NCBI RefSeq assembly: GCF_018977255.1
Contig: NW_024704743.1
Location: 29,142,001 to 29,206,000 of the forward strand
Origin: Callorhinchus milii
Lineage: Eukaryota
Direction: 5' to 3'
DNA length: 64,000 bases
The translations under genes were made by a program, and so were the position numbers. Numbering within the stretch: position 1 is the stretch's first letter; every line of letters begins with the position of its first letter. The notes beneath the pieces were generated by a model, which worked only from the letters and a program-made list of their open reading frames with translations, did not search any database and was not told the origin of the DNA. Positions 1 to 13,501 of this stretch are shown here, in pieces.

Positions 1-870
1 GATTCTGTTTATGCGGACGACACACAACTCTTATCGATTGCCTCCAGGGTTGATTCTACAAACACTGTTGTTCTGATTTATTATCTGTTGAACATCAAGT
101 CCTTCTCACCTAAGCTGTTGACAGTATCAATCTAAATAGATGCACATTCCACCTCAAGGAGAGCCAGTGTGGAACCTCGGTGTCTTGTTTGAATCTCAGC
201 TGTCCTTTAAACCTCACATCCATGCCTTGACTCATTCAGCTTTCCCCCACCTCCGCCACTACCTCTCCCATGGGGGAACTGAAACCCTAATCCCCACATT
301 CATCGTGTCAAGGTTTTACTACGCCAAATCTCTGCTTGCCGAACTACCAGCTCTTTCCTTCACAAGTTGCAAACTATCCTGAACTCTGCAGCTTACGTCC
401 TTTACTGCATTGGCTGTGTGAGCCTACCACCCCTATCCTTGCCCAGCTCCACTGGCTCCCCATCCCCCAGTGGATCCAGGCGAGAATGAGGGTGATAGGC
501 TCTCGAGTTCAAGATTCTCGTCCTCACTTTTAAATCTCCATGATTTTGTTCCACTCCATCTCTGAGACTTTCTGAAACCTTACAAACCTGACCACTCCAT
601 CCGCTCATCAGGCTTCAGGTCCCCCCATCCTGCCCACTCCACCATCGGCATTTCGCGCCTTGGGAAGTCCTCCAACGTGAAAGGCGCTATACAAATGTAA
701 TTTTGTTGTTGTTTTCAGGATTTCAGCCTATCTGCCCCCACTGTCTGGAATTGCATCCCTGCAACTCACCCCTTCCCTCACCTCCTTCAAGGTTCATTTG
801 AAGACCTTCCACTTCCCCCCCCACAACCCCCACCAGCTTGGCCCCACCTCCCTTTGCTCCCAGCCCCCAA
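1..870 (+). mobile_element. Decayed L2-clade LINE 3' fragment (reverse transcriptase end and tail)
   Basis: tat gcg gac gac aca caa ctc = YADDTQL at 10-30; NLGVLFESQLSFKPHI and PILAQLHWLPI occur in broken frames; homologous to 8336-9979. A short retroposon tail is nested at ~650-714. Confidence 0.85.
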
Positions 871-1225
871 TTTGGGTGCAAACCCCTGGACTATCTAGTA
901 TCTCCGGTAATGCTCCGGACGTGAAAAACAATGGTGAATGTAACTGCCCCTGACAATATGGGCTTAGAATGGATCAGCATTTTTTATTATGAACAGAGAG
1001 ATCAATCGCACAATGTGGAATGACACAGGCATGGAACATATCTACGCAATGGATTGAATGCAGGTCACATAGATAAATGATTTCACATCTAGAATATGTG
1101 GGAGGTTTGTGCCTGCCTCTGCTTCAGGGCATATCTGACCTTATAAATGTTTTAACAGTAGAGTACATCATGTCTTTTGCAGCCATTATGTTGTCATTGT
1201 GCAAATAAGCTCAGACAATTAAGCT

Positions 1226-1584
1226 GTGTGTCAGCCTGGCTTAGTTAGTGCCTTTGAGTCAGAAGGTTGTGGGTTCAAGTCTCACATCAGGTCGGACCTG
1301 GCTGACACCAGTGCAGTCCTGGGAGACTCCAGAATTTGTTGAAGTTCCAGCTTTTATATAAGACTTTAAACCTAGATTCTGTTTGTCTTTTGGCTGGATG
1401 TCCAAAATTCTGAGGCACTATTTGAAAAGGACTTCATCTAGTGCCCTAATCAAAACTATTTTTAGGACCGTGTCGGTGCAAATTGCTACCAAAATTTGTA
1501 CAGAAACAGAGCACCAGATAGTAGTTACTTGTGAAATACTTTTTGACATGATAAAGTTCTCTAAAATACAAGTTTATTCTTTCT
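1226..1584 (+). mobile_element. Old tRNA-derived SINE (SacSINE1/Deu-SINE-like), degraded
   Basis: Head gtcagcctggcttagtt...gagtcagaaggttgtgggttcaagtc is shared with the copy at 61665. Confidence 0.6.
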
Positions 1585-1729
1585 AAATGTAAAAATAATG
1601 TTTTATTTCAGAATATTTATATTATCTATCTCATCTCCAACTTCCCCACTCCATACCCAACACATGTACAACACATACACAACATGTAAAGTTCCACCAT
1701 CGGTGATCTCACTTTCACCAATGAAACAC

Positions 1730-1920
1730 TCTTCCTCTATCCCTCTGCCTGCCCCTTCCTTCCCCATCTTCAGATCGCACCTGAAGATCTTCCTCTTCAA
1801 CTGTGCCTAAGGTCACCTACCCCTGCCTCGGTATTGTGCTCCGCCATTGTCAAGCGCTATGGCACGCTACCCTGCGTGAAGGGCGATATATAAATGCAAG
1901 TTGCTATTGTTATTGTTATT
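1730..1920 (+). mobile_element. L2 3' tail fragment
   Basis: cacctgaagatcttcctcttcaac...gtgaagggcgatatataaatgcaagttg plus a (TTG/TTA)n tail, as in the other L2 copies. Confidence 0.7.
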
Positions 1921-1995
1921 CCTGGACAAAGATCTGAGTGCTGGGAGGTAGGTGGCAATGGTGTGGGACCCCAACAACTCAGCTGAGACTAGTTA

Positions 1996-2249
1996 AGGCA
2001 GCCAAATGCGTAAAGAAGTGTCCCACAAATAGTCATGGATTGAGTGACCAAATAATTTTTTTATGGGATTATTACCCCTGGAAAAATGATCAGCCATTTG
2101 ACTAACAACCAGGTTCCTATTTACTGCTAGGTAAACAGAGGCTTATGGAGTAAGGAAACTTGCCTAAGGTTTTGCCCTGCCTGGGAATCGAACCCAGGTC
2201 CTCTCGCTTGCAAGGCGAGTGCTCTAACCAATATGTTACAATATTCCAC
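1996..2249 (-). mobile_element. tRNA-derived SINE family A, long variant, 3'-truncated
   Basis: Reverse complement of the head and body seen at 13502 and 57502, including A and B boxes. Confidence 0.85.
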
Positions 2250-3360
2250 GTTTGTAAAATGCAAACTGGGCCCAGAGTCACTGAATAAAATAAAATGAAA
2301 CTACTTTATTTCAAACTTAATTTTCAACGAAAAATCCATGGAAAATATAACACAATAATGGTGTAATAGATAGAAATCAATAAAATAAAAACTAATTAGC
2401 AGAGAGAATGGAGAGAGAAAGTAGCAGAAGGATTCAATTTATTTAAAAATATATATTTTCATTGCATTTGGTTAGAATTGTATTATAATATTAAAGCTAC
2501 TTGTGCTGTCTAAAACAGCTCAATACTGCATTTGTTTCACTTTCACATGGTGTGAACTGAAAGTTGGAAACTAAAAATGGCCAGTCCGTGAATTTTGGCA
2601 AACTTGTAAGGGTGAAATCTCACATAGAGCTTTCACCTTATGCTCAGCCAGTCCAACCATTCAATCTGTTAGTGACTGGCTCCCTGTGAGCAGGTCACAG
2701 GGTCATGCCCCAGGGCTCCCTGTCACTCAAACTCTGTGGCTTGGGCTGGGTGGTTTTCATCAGTTCTTAGCCCTGGCTGCCAATCACAATTGGCACATAC
2801 AGCAGACATTCAATCTTGAGCGATATTTTTGCAAGCTTGCAAGAAAATGACTTGTCATAGTCAACAAGGAATACTGTATCTTTTGTAAAACATGTGGCAA
2901 GTTGCCCTATCCTCCATCATTCAGAAAAGCAATGTTTTTTTTGGTTAAGGACAGTCATCTTTATTGGCAGCAATAAAATTCTACAACGATAAATCACTGT
3001 ACTTTTTATGGGTGAGTCGAACAATTTTTATTGGGAAGCATTCCTTGAGGCTTGTAATTATAGTAATGTTTGAAAAACTATTTTCCTGAGCATTTGTTAT
3101 TATTACAAAGTGTCCTTGCTTTAAATGGTTTAATTTGCCTGAAGGTACTTGAAAAGGTCAAAAGGTGACAGTAAACCTCAGGGCAAAAAAATGATCTTGA
3201 CTATTGCTGCGATTGGGTTGAGGGATTGAGAGGTAAGTGAACTCATAATTCTGATTGGCACCAGACAGCGAAAGCCCCTTCGAGACAGCTTGTAAACCGC
3301 TGCAGAAGAGCCTATGGGAAGTATCTGCTTGTCATGGGGTTTCAAGCTGTTGGTTTACTG

Positions 3361-3540
3361 AATAATAATAATCCTTACATTTGATATAACTCCTTATCAC
3401 TCTTTGAGACATCTCAAATCGTTTCACAGAATATACTATAATGTGGACTGACTGCATATTTTTTGGGTAAAACGCAGCAGTCAATTGCGCGCAGCAGTGT
3501 CGCATAAACAGTCGTGGATTAAGTGACCAATTTTTTTTGC
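3361..3540 (-). mobile_element. SINE family A, 3' half
   Basis: (aat)n-ccttacatttgatat...aattgcgcgcagcagtgtc matches the family tail. Confidence 0.8.
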
Positions 3541-3704
3541 ATACTCTCAACAATCAGTACTTTGGTTCTTAATACTGTACTTGAGCTTCCGATTAGTATA
3601 CCGTTTATATGAACACTTGATACATAGACTCAGCTCTACTTGTAAAGGGTGTATATATGGGAACAGCATGGGAACTCCCCACCCATCATCTAATCCATAC
3701 CAGT

Positions 3705-4010
3705 TAATAATAATAATAATAATCCTTGCATTTGATATAGTGCTTTTCACGTCTTCTAGACATCTCAAAGCACTTCACAGAATAACTGTAAAGTAAATTG
3801 ACTATATATTTGTGGGCAAAACGCGGCAGCCAATTGCGCACAGCAGTGTCCCACAAACGGTGGATTGCAGTGACCAAATTATTATTTTTTTCTTGAGGGA
3901 TTATTATCAGGTGTGTGGAGTAAGGAAACTTGCCCAAGGTTGATAGGAATCAAACCCAGGTCTCTCGCTTGTGAGGCGAGAGCTCTAACCACTGAGGTAC
4001 AGGACTCCAC
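3705..4010 (-). mobile_element. SINE family A, short variant, near full length
   Basis: Complete head, body and (ATT)n tail in reverse; near-identical to 9523-9820. Confidence 0.9.
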
Positions 4011-4479
4011 ACGTCTAAGTTAAGTGTGATAAGGATGTAAGAAACCAGGAAACAAGAAACAGCTGTCAAGCCTGTTCCACATGAAATCAGTCTTCTTATG
4101 GATTTGACCTCACCCATTCTAACACTGGTAAGTGGCACATTGAAAGCCCAAAATAAAGAAATGAAAAAACCTTTCCATTATTCAACTCTGTCTCCTTACC
4201 ACATACCAAAGACATTACTCCATAAACATATCCCATCCACCAATCTTACATTGCTTAGATCCAATAGCAAATACATTATTGTTTAACCTAAAGGTCTTTA
4301 TTTCTCTAAAAATGAAATATGGAAATTTGTTTCATATCAATACATGAAAATAGATAAATGGACTTGAGATAAGATAAGAAATGTAAATGTTGTATCACAC
4401 AAGTGGAAATCATTACTACAGGCCTGGTGCTCATGAATTATTCACAAAATATTGTTGTTATCCTCCCCAAATAATTATC

Positions 4480-4640
4480 TACTTCTCTCTTAAAAGTTGT
4501 TATCAAATTGCCTTCCACCACCCTTTCAGGCAATGCATTCCAGATCCAAACAAATCACTGTGTGAAAAAATTTCTCCTCACCTCCCCTCTGTTTCTTTTA
4601 ACAACTATATTAAATCAGTGTCCTCGGAATACCGAGCCAC
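4480..4640 (-). mobile_element. CR1 LINE 3' fragment
   Basis: Minus strand reads RGEVRRNFFTQ..IWNALPERVVE, typical of the CR1 ORF2 C-terminus. Confidence 0.7.
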
Positions 4641-7600
4641 CCACCAGTGGAGTATTATTACCAGTGTTTTCTCTTGTACAATTACAGTCACCAAAACTCA
4701 TCTACATCTGTGGCACGTGATGACCAAGAATCTTTCACACTTGAGGAATAACAGAGATGGCACACTCTAATTGTTGAGATGTCAGGGATGTGCAATAGAC
4801 ACTGCTTAATGGGGAGATTGCCATGAGAATAAAAACACAACAAGAATAGATAAGAGTAGAAATCAAACTGAAAGCTTTGAGGGAGGATGGGCGTTCAACA
4901 CAATGGGAGGAGTGCAGAGAAATGGGCCTGGGAGAAGGTAGGGTATCAGATTTATAGGCCGCTCAAGGGGAGAGGGTTTAAAACAGAATAGACAGGAAGC
5001 AGTAATACCACTGTCTATTCCATTTTCCTTACACATACTCCATGGATGGAACAGAACGAGCAAGTTGAAGGAAACCAAAAGTTGCTTGCTGATATGCCGC
5101 TTACCAGTCCAAACAGTGTGAGGCAGCTGAAAACAAGTCAAACAGCATACTGGGCTACATCGCCAAGTGAGCTGAATTCAGATCTCCACGTGTATCAGAG
5201 GCCACACCAGGAGAGTTCTGATTGGTATTGTAGGTGGCCTGCCCAGGCTCTAGAGGCAAAGCAACAAGCATTGAATCTAATCTCGGAGCAAACGTTCCAA
5301 GATGCTATCCTGCATGAAGGGCACTATATAAGTGCAAGTTGTTGTTGTAATCCCTCGTGTTAGAGGGACATACAACAGTGGCGCAAAGCAAGAAAAAGGA
5401 GTCAAATTGCTTCAGGAAATCTTTCACACATTTGAACCCATCAAAAGCAACATTAAGCCTACTATATATTGCTGCGATACTGTATTGACCGCACCTGGTG
5501 TTTTCCAGGGTCTAACAGTGCCAGTGATATTAAAGTCTGATAATCCCTGTAGTGAATGGGGAAAGTGTTTGGCAAAATGAAAGGTAGGTGGTTTCCTTGC
5601 CCTAGGGAAATATAACACCCTGAACTTATTGTCGTTCTCAAAGAACGGAGATAATGAAGGACATTATCTTACTTCTCAGAAAGCAGTGAGATAAAGGTGT
5701 TTAATAACACTTTGTATCATCTAATAAAATTCTAACACCTGCAGAAAGTCAACCATTGCTCTTGTGATGAAATATAAATATGCATCAATATGTGATGAAC
5801 AGAGGCACATTTACACATCACGATTAAACAATAGATGGAGCTCCAGGCTCACTGCCACTCCCTTTGAATTCAATAATGTATTCTTTTCCTACCAATTTCC
5901 TACTAAGCTTCAGTGTCAGCTTAGACTATATTAGTTCAATGTCCCAGGATGGGGCTTGAACCTGCAAATGTGTGACATCCTGGCCAACAACCCTCCAGGT
6001 AAAATTAGTCATTCACTAATGATTATTGATGTTTGTGGGACATTTCTGTGTGCATTCATCTATAAATACACAGCCATAACACTTTACAGTAAATTCCTGA
6101 GAAGCACTTTGAGACATTTTAACAATGCAATATTATATTACTGTACTATTAAATGCAGCTGTCATTTATAAACTAAATCATGTTTCTTTTGAATGAGTCA
6201 AGGAACCATCTGCCTTAGAATTCAGTTGGACATTATTTGAGAGAGTAGGGAGTTTCACCACTTGCCCTGACTAATATCTCATCATCCTTTGTCCCAAAAT
6301 ATTAATTAGCTACTCATCTCTCTGGGTTCTAACATGTAGTTGGAAGCTATCTGCTACCTGTCACTTCTGGCGACAAAAGTTGTGCGATTTTCTAAAAATA
6401 CGCTGAAAAATTGTAATAATTCTTATTTTGCAGATGTCACTTTGTTTTCCAAATGCTTGTCAAACATTTCCACCCTTTTGTCTCCCAACAAAATTTGTTT
6501 TAGAAACCTCATCTTTGAAGTCTCATCAAATTCGGTTGCAGACCCAAAGTCAAATAATACCATGACTTCTGTCTTACTAATGTCTAATTTTGGACTCCAG
6601 TGTTGCTGTGGGATCTATTAGGAAAAATTAGCTGCTGTGTCTGCCTACATAATATTCACTTCACTACTAATTATTGTCATTTTTGAAGAGCTCTGAAACA
6701 TTCTTCCACATGAATGGAGCTCTATAAATATAATTGTTATTTTGCACCCTCTAACTAAACCATAAACCTGCCTTGTTACCTGCATTGTTTAATTCTAAAC
6801 CAATAATGCCAACTGACTAATATGTTACTCAGCCACTTCCTGGTTATTGATTCCAGGCTTAGACAACTGGAAGGCTTTATAAAATGTAATTAAAATGGAA
6901 GAGGGTCAGAGAGGCTCGTGGAAAGTGTGTTCAGTACAACACGAGGTTTCACTAATATGCTTTAATAGCCCATTTACAGTTTGCTGTTAGAGGCAGTCCA
7001 CATCACCAAATGGGTGATTGGGATCCAACCTTCTGACAACAGCAATTGTTGGAGGCAGAGTTGGAGGGGTTGGCAAAACACAAGGCTGCCAATTAGTTGA
7101 GGGACTGAAATTCTCTTGTCTTTCTGAGTACAGGACCACAAAGCAAGCTTCACTGTCACTAGACTGTACGGATCTTCTCAGGCCATTGGAGAGGTTACTA
7201 AGCCCAGCGAAATAGATTGCTGCTTTTCACTTCAATGCTCTGTTTACAGACAGCTTGCAAGGCAGAAAATCAGATTTAAATTTCTTGCTCCACATCATAC
7301 CGGGGCCATTAACAGCTTGTAGCTTGAAGTTTTATATAAAATTATGAGTTATCTTCTTAATGTTATAAGAGACAATCCCAGCACTACCTCTTTAATAACG
7401 TTGCGAACAGACCCTTAAAAGTTCATGAGCTTTCAGTCGACTTCCAATTCAATGTGTACCTACTGCGTTTCCGCAACAGCGGGTGAATCCAATAGTTACT
7501 GAAACCATCTCCTGGAGGTGGTCGATCACACCCCTCGATTTATGCTGCCCGTTTCATGATGAAATGTTATAACCAGGGCCATTTGACACAAAGCTGTCAG

Positions 7601-8335
7601 AGTCACCTTGTTTAGGTTAACACTCTATCTCTTTTGTTGGGATTATTAATGTAGATATTCTGTAAGTGTTGAGATTCTGTGCAAAATATTACGCCTTCGC
7701 TTTAGGCACATTTGTGGACTAGGGACCGAAATGTAAGGACAGCCTTGGCATCACAAAGTCTGTGACCTGGTTGAGCTACTGAAACAAAAAAAGCGGTAAA
7801 GCGTCACGTGGGTCCTGGAGGGGGAACTTGTGCGTCATCAAGAGCCCCACCTCCAGGTCAACATTGTTTTTTCGTTGTTAACTACCTTTAGGCAAAGCTG
7901 ATAGTGTCATAGTTTAGTGTCAGGATATTTTCTATTCCTTAATGTTGCAAAAGTTATTATGTTCCGGTTAGTGTAACTTAGGCACAGGGTTAATGACCAA
8001 TAAAACACTGTTGAGTTTTTTATACAGTGTTTCGCGCGTCTCTGTTAAATTCAAGGAGAGAGAGAAAACAAACAGGTCATTGCGGAAATCAGCTGTCTGG
8101 TAATGCAAAGGACGTTGATGAAAGCATCCATTTGTTGCGCAATAAGGTATTGAGATTACCTGTCGTCAGGTGTAAATTCTCATTAGTGGAGTTTCACTCA
8201 GAGAGGGAAGTTGCATGACACAGAGAAAATATCTATACAGAGGCCACAAGTACACCGAGTGCTTTGTCATAACGTGGGTATGTAATTGGGGTGAGAACCG
8301 TCGCACTCTTTAATAACATTGCAAACAGAACCTTA

Positions 8336-9979
8336 TCGGTTTCTGTGCTGTTTCCTTGCCTACAACATGGAAGCAGCCCTGGTCAAGCTGACAAATGATA
8401 TTGTGTCCATCTGTGACCAGGGCTCCCTCTGTCTCATCATCCTCCTCAAACTCTCTGCTGCCTTTGACACTGTGGACCACTCTATCCTCCTCCACCACCT
8501 CTCCTCTCACCTTAACCTTCAAGGATCTGTTCTTGAATGATTTAGATCCTATCTCTCAAACCGACTCCACTTTGTCTCCACAAATGGCTTCTTCTCCAAT
8601 CCACGCACCATCTTGTGCAGTGTTCCTCAGGTCTCTGTCCTTGGTCCCCTCCTCTTCAAGTTGTACATGCTCCCCCTTGCTGACATCATCCACAGACATG
8701 GGGTCAACTTCCACATGTACACGGATTACACCCAACACTATCTCTCTGCTTCCACCCTCAACCCCAGGACCACTGATGTCCTGACAGACTGCCTGTCAGA
8801 CATCAAATCCTGGATGAGAGCCAACGTTCTACAGTTGAATGTCAGCAAGACCGAGGCTTTCCTGATTGGCTCGAGCCGGAGCCTCCGCACCTCAGGCACT
8901 GGCAGCAACAGCATCCAAGGATGCACACTCCACCTCACCAAGCCAGTCAGGAACCTAGGCATCTTGTTCGACCCTCAACTGTACTTTGTCCTGCATATCC
9001 ATGCCATGACTTGCTCTGCCTTTCCCCACCTGCAAAACATTGCCCGGCTCACCCCTCAGGCCACCGAAACCCTCATATATGCCTTCATTACAACCAGGCT
9101 CGACTATGCCAATGCCCTGCTGGATGATGCAGACAATCCAAAACTCTGCAGCTCATGTCATCTCCCACACCAGGTTCTATGACCCCATCACATCCAACCT
9201 CACCCGGTTCCACTGGCTCTTCATCCTTCAGAGGATCGAATTCAAAATTCTCGTCATCACCTTCAAGGCCCTCCATGGCCTTGCTCCCTCCTATCTCTCC
9301 AACCTGCTTATCCCTTATCAACCTGTCCTCTCCCACCAATCAGCAGGCTCCGGCCTGCTCCATGTCCCCCGCACAATCAGCTCCACCATCGGTGGACAGG
9401 CCTTCAGCCTCTCTGCCCTCTGCCCCCACCCTCTGGAACTCCATCCCACACTCCCTTTGCCTCGATCCCTTCCTTGCTTACCTTCAAGGTACACCTCAAG
9501 ACCCTCCTCTTCGACTGTATCTGTGGAGTTTTGTAGCTTAGTGGTTAGAGTACTCGCCTTGCAAGCGAGACAACTGGGTTCAATTCCAGGCAAGGTGAAA
9601 CCTTGGGCAAGTTTCCTTACTCCACACACCTAATAATAATCCCTCCAAAAACAATAATAAATTGGTCATTTTCAATCCACGACTGTTTGTGGGATACTGC
9701 TGTGCGCAATTGGCTGCCGCATTTCGCCCACAAATGTACGGTCAATTCACTTTACAGTCTATTCTGTGAAGCACTTTGAGACGTGAAAAGCACTATATCA
9801 AATGCAAGGATTATTATTATCTTTGGCCACCCTCCCAACCCTCTCTGCTCTCCACCTTCCCTGATCCACCTTGCTCCCCCACCCTCCGCTCAGGTCCTAA
9901 TCCCTGACGTTTCTGAGCCTACGGACATCCTCCCGACGTGAAAGGCACTTTACAAACGTAATTTTGTATTGTATTGTAT
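8336..9979 (+). mobile_element. 5'-truncated L2-clade LINE with a decayed RT domain and intact 3' tail
   Basis: [43 protein letters not shown] (decayed YADD), LQLNVSKTE and HWL..RIEFKIL appear in shifted frames; ends in gtgaaaggcactttacaaacgtaa-(ttgta)n. Confidence 0.92.
9523..9820 (+). mobile_element. SINE family A, short variant, nested in the L2 tail
   Basis: Full head and (ATT)n tail; L2 sequence resumes afterwards; tatct flanks both sides (9518-9522 and 9818-9822). Confidence 0.9.
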
Positions 9980-11179
9980 CTCCAATATCTGCTGAAATTA
10001 TCTCCTGGTGGTGGTCAGTGGCAGTGCCATTCTCACCACTCGATTTATGATGCACGTTGAAATTTCCTAGTCATGGTGATTTGTCATATAGCATGCGCAC
10101 ATGTGCAGCATGTTACAGCTGTGTTTGCAGAATGCTATTAGTTAAAGCAGATCCGGCTTTGCAACACCAATGGAACAGTTTGTTCAGCAGCAGGAGAAGC
10201 CGACACTAAAGAACTGTTTCAGGAGGCGATGGTCCAATATTAATGTAGCATCAGAGGAAGAAACTGCTTACAATAATTAGCTGCTAAAGACCAGAGAAGT
10301 GTTACTAAAGTGATGCCAGAGCAGGCGGATGCCTACTAACAAGGAGAGGCCAGTTCAAGTTCAAGAGGAATTGTGTGTGCACCAAGACTAGCAGCATGAC
10401 AGATGCCTGCCATAGGTGTTTGCCAAGTTGCAGATAGTATACAGCAGAACTGCTGGATGGTTGTACAGGTATAGGTAAAGTAATTAATCACTTATACCCC
10501 GAGGCAGCTTAAGTTCCTGTAAATTCTCCCTGTGCTCTCTGTGAGTGCTCCAGAGACTGATGATTTTGTTGCTGTTCAATGTTGAACCTTTGTAAGAATA
10601 CAACTTATGGCCAACATTCTTTATTTTTAGCTCTTCGTGACAACTTGTTTACAATCAGTGCAACAATGACATTTCAGGAATGAAGGAAAGTCAGATCAGG
10701 ATACAGAACCTGAGGCAGGGCTAAGGCCTTCTGCTGGGCCCCCAAGAATCAATAACACTGTGTTGCTGTCAGAGCTGCCTACAGGTGAAGAAGGACAACA
10801 TTGAGCAATGTTATTTTAACTGACTGATGAAGTTAACCCTTTAGTTGGTGGTAGTTCAGGGACCTGGGATGACGGTTTTCAGCTTATTCACTGAGCTCAA
10901 AGCCCTGATATGGGGTTTGAACCCGCAAACTTCTGACTCTGAAGTGAGCGTGCTACTAACTGTTTCAAAGGATAGATGATTCTCACATTCCATCTCTATA
11001 AACCAAATGAAGATTAATACTGTACAATTAAACAAATCTTAATATCATTATTCTCTTCCTCTGAGCATTTTATCCAAATGAGATGTAGCTGAATAGACCT
11101 TATTGAAGCTGCGGTTTACAAGAGTAGAAATTGGTACAGTACACATATTCTGGGATAATCCCAAAGTAAAATAATAGAA

Positions 11180-11740
11180 ATGACAGCATATGAAGAAGCC
11201 ATTCTGTCTATCAAATGCATGATAGAGGCAAGTTCATCTGCTTGTGCTATCTAAAGTAATCACTATTACCTTCTCTATCCCTGAATGATTTATAGTCCTC
11301 CTTTTCTAAATATTTATCAAATTCCATTTTAAATGTTTTTATGGTCTCAGCCTTGATAGCTAGTGTACTTGAGGGAAATTATTCCATGTTCTAACCCCTT
11401 CTGTGTTTATTCTATCCTTCTTATTTCCCTCATAATTCCAGGAGAATCCTGAAATTATGCCTAAATTACTCATTTATCAATCATTGTGAATAGTCTTTCA
11501 CGATTTAGCTTTTGAAAACCTTTCAGACATTTCAAGACTTCTATTATTGCCCCTCTCAAATATCTTTGTTGAAAAGGAAACAACCCAATTTTGAAACCTC
11601 TCTGCATAGCTCCTCCTCCTCCTCTCATCCTGGGTATTATTCTTGTCAACCTACGCTGTACTCTTTCTGTGGCTCTGATGTCTTTTCTATAATGGTATAT
11701 GCTTGGAACTGTATGGTATTCACTTAGCTGATAATAACAT
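11180..11740 (-). mobile_element. CR1 LINE 3' fragment
   Basis: YRKDIRATERVQRRLTRIIPRMRG...GLF...LRGAIIEVLKCLKG matches the CR1 ORF2 C-terminal signature (ERVQRRATR / LGLFSLE.RRLRGDLI). Confidence 0.8.
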
Positions 11741-12374
11741 TTTGGATCATATAGGGTTGAGGAACACATTTGCAATTCAATTAACATCCTCTTGCAATTT
11801 CCGCTTCCTCCATACTTGGAGCCAGACACTTACACGAAACAGTTGAAAGGAGTATGTTCATATGCTATAAGGAATTGAAATTGATTCATTGAGGTTTCAG
11901 TATTCTGGAAAATTGGAACTCCGATCCTGACTCTCCGCGCTGTACATTGACAATACAGTTCTCAGAACAGTGCACTAATTGTTCTGCTTAAGAGGAAATG
12001 GGATCAAAATTCACTGGGCCACACGGGTGGTCCAGATTTTTCTCTGGGAAATGGAAAATACATTGGTGTACATATTTTGCATCCAAGCTGATTAAAATGT
12101 GCATGCAGATGCCATGTCTGACTGTTAGGAAGTGTGGTCATAGGCAATCATCCAGTCAAAACAGATCAAATTACTTCTCAAACTGTTTTCGGTAAAGGCA
12201 CACAGTTTGGGAAGCTGATATACTAGACAAAGGATACAGTTGCTCAAGGCATTGCTGAATTACTTTTATATGTCTTGATTGATTGAGAACTACCCTAGAG
12301 TTCCACAGATTCTGAATGTGTTACAGGTCAGTTGCATTTTAGCAGTTAATTCACGACATGCTTCTGAGTCTAAA

Positions 12375-12960
12375 TCATAGAATAGTCAAAGGTTTATAGC
12401 ACAGAAGTACAGTGTGCCATTTGGCCTATTGTATCTCTGATATTGCTTCTCTTTCCCCCACCCTCTATTGCAATCCCATTTCCCTGTTCCTTCCCTTTAA
12501 TCAGGTTTACAAAATGAATCAGCTAAATATATCTACAAACAATGGGACTTGTGTCTCCATAACACAATGCTGAATTACAACATCAAAAGAGAATTAGTCA
12601 ATTTGGTCTGATCTTTCCAGAATACCCAGTCAATCCTCTTTCCACTCCAGCAGCAAGCTGTTTCTTAAATGAGTCCAATGACCTGATCTGTATCCACCCT
12701 TTCTGTTAATTCCTTTCAAATGTTAATTACCCACTGTGTAAGAAATACTTCCTAGTGACTGTCCAGAAATTGTTCTTCATAACCTTGAACCTGAGAGGTC
12801 TTGTTCTGCTGTCTCGTTGTTTATACAAATATTGTTGTTGGTTTACTTTCGCTATCTAATTTAGCATAAAGTCCCCTCTGATAAATCTATTTTAAAGACT
12901 AAAGAAGTCTATTTTAACTAGCAATTCCTCATAGCTCATCCCTCTTAAATGATCAGCTTA
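12375..12960 (-). mobile_element. Highly decayed CR1 3' end
   Basis: catagaat...atagcacagaag...gccatttggcc tail-like start and a ccactgtgtaagaaatacttcct segment similar to 4480-4640. Confidence 0.5.
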
Positions 12961-13056
12961 TATATCAGAGACATCTCTATTCATGATCTCTAATTCTCTC
13001 CTGATCAAACAGTTTGTGTCATAATGTCTCCATTCTGAAATACGAGTTCACAAATA

Positions 13057-13172
13057 TTTGCCCACAAATATACAGTCAATTCACTTTACCGTATATTCTG
13101 TGCTTTGCGACTTCTTGAAGTGATAAGGCGCTATACTAAACGCAAGGATTATTATTATGTATTATTATTATT
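13057..13172 (+). mobile_element. SINE family A tail fragment
   Basis: gcccacaaatatacagtcaattcacttta...caaggattattatt. Confidence 0.75.
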
Positions 13173-13501
13173 TCTTTGACTACATCTCCTGCCAGTAATC
13201 GAATACGTGTCAGGCCAATTCACTCAATCTGCACTTGATACATTCTCATTCCTGGTAGACCAAAGTAGAGAACCTGTGGGTTGGTATGCCACAGTTGGCT
13301 ATTGGCAAAACTCAATATTCCCGATGCATTGCAAATCCAGGTTGTGACTTAAGCATCTTTGAACACACAGTCTTTGACCACACATAAGATATGCATTGGT
13401 GCCTAAAGGTTGAAATGTAGGAGCAGAGTATCTAGCATTAGAAGATCTGAATAGTTAGGTTTTCAGAGATATGAAGCCAGGAAAACCAACTCATTATCAA
13501 C

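Noticed and set aside
8319..9633. Reverse-transcriptase-like ORFs as a functional gene
   Set aside because: Frameshifted, with the catalytic YADD changed to YTDY (YEDD in the 18.5 kb copy) and 5'-truncated; these are dead LINE copies.
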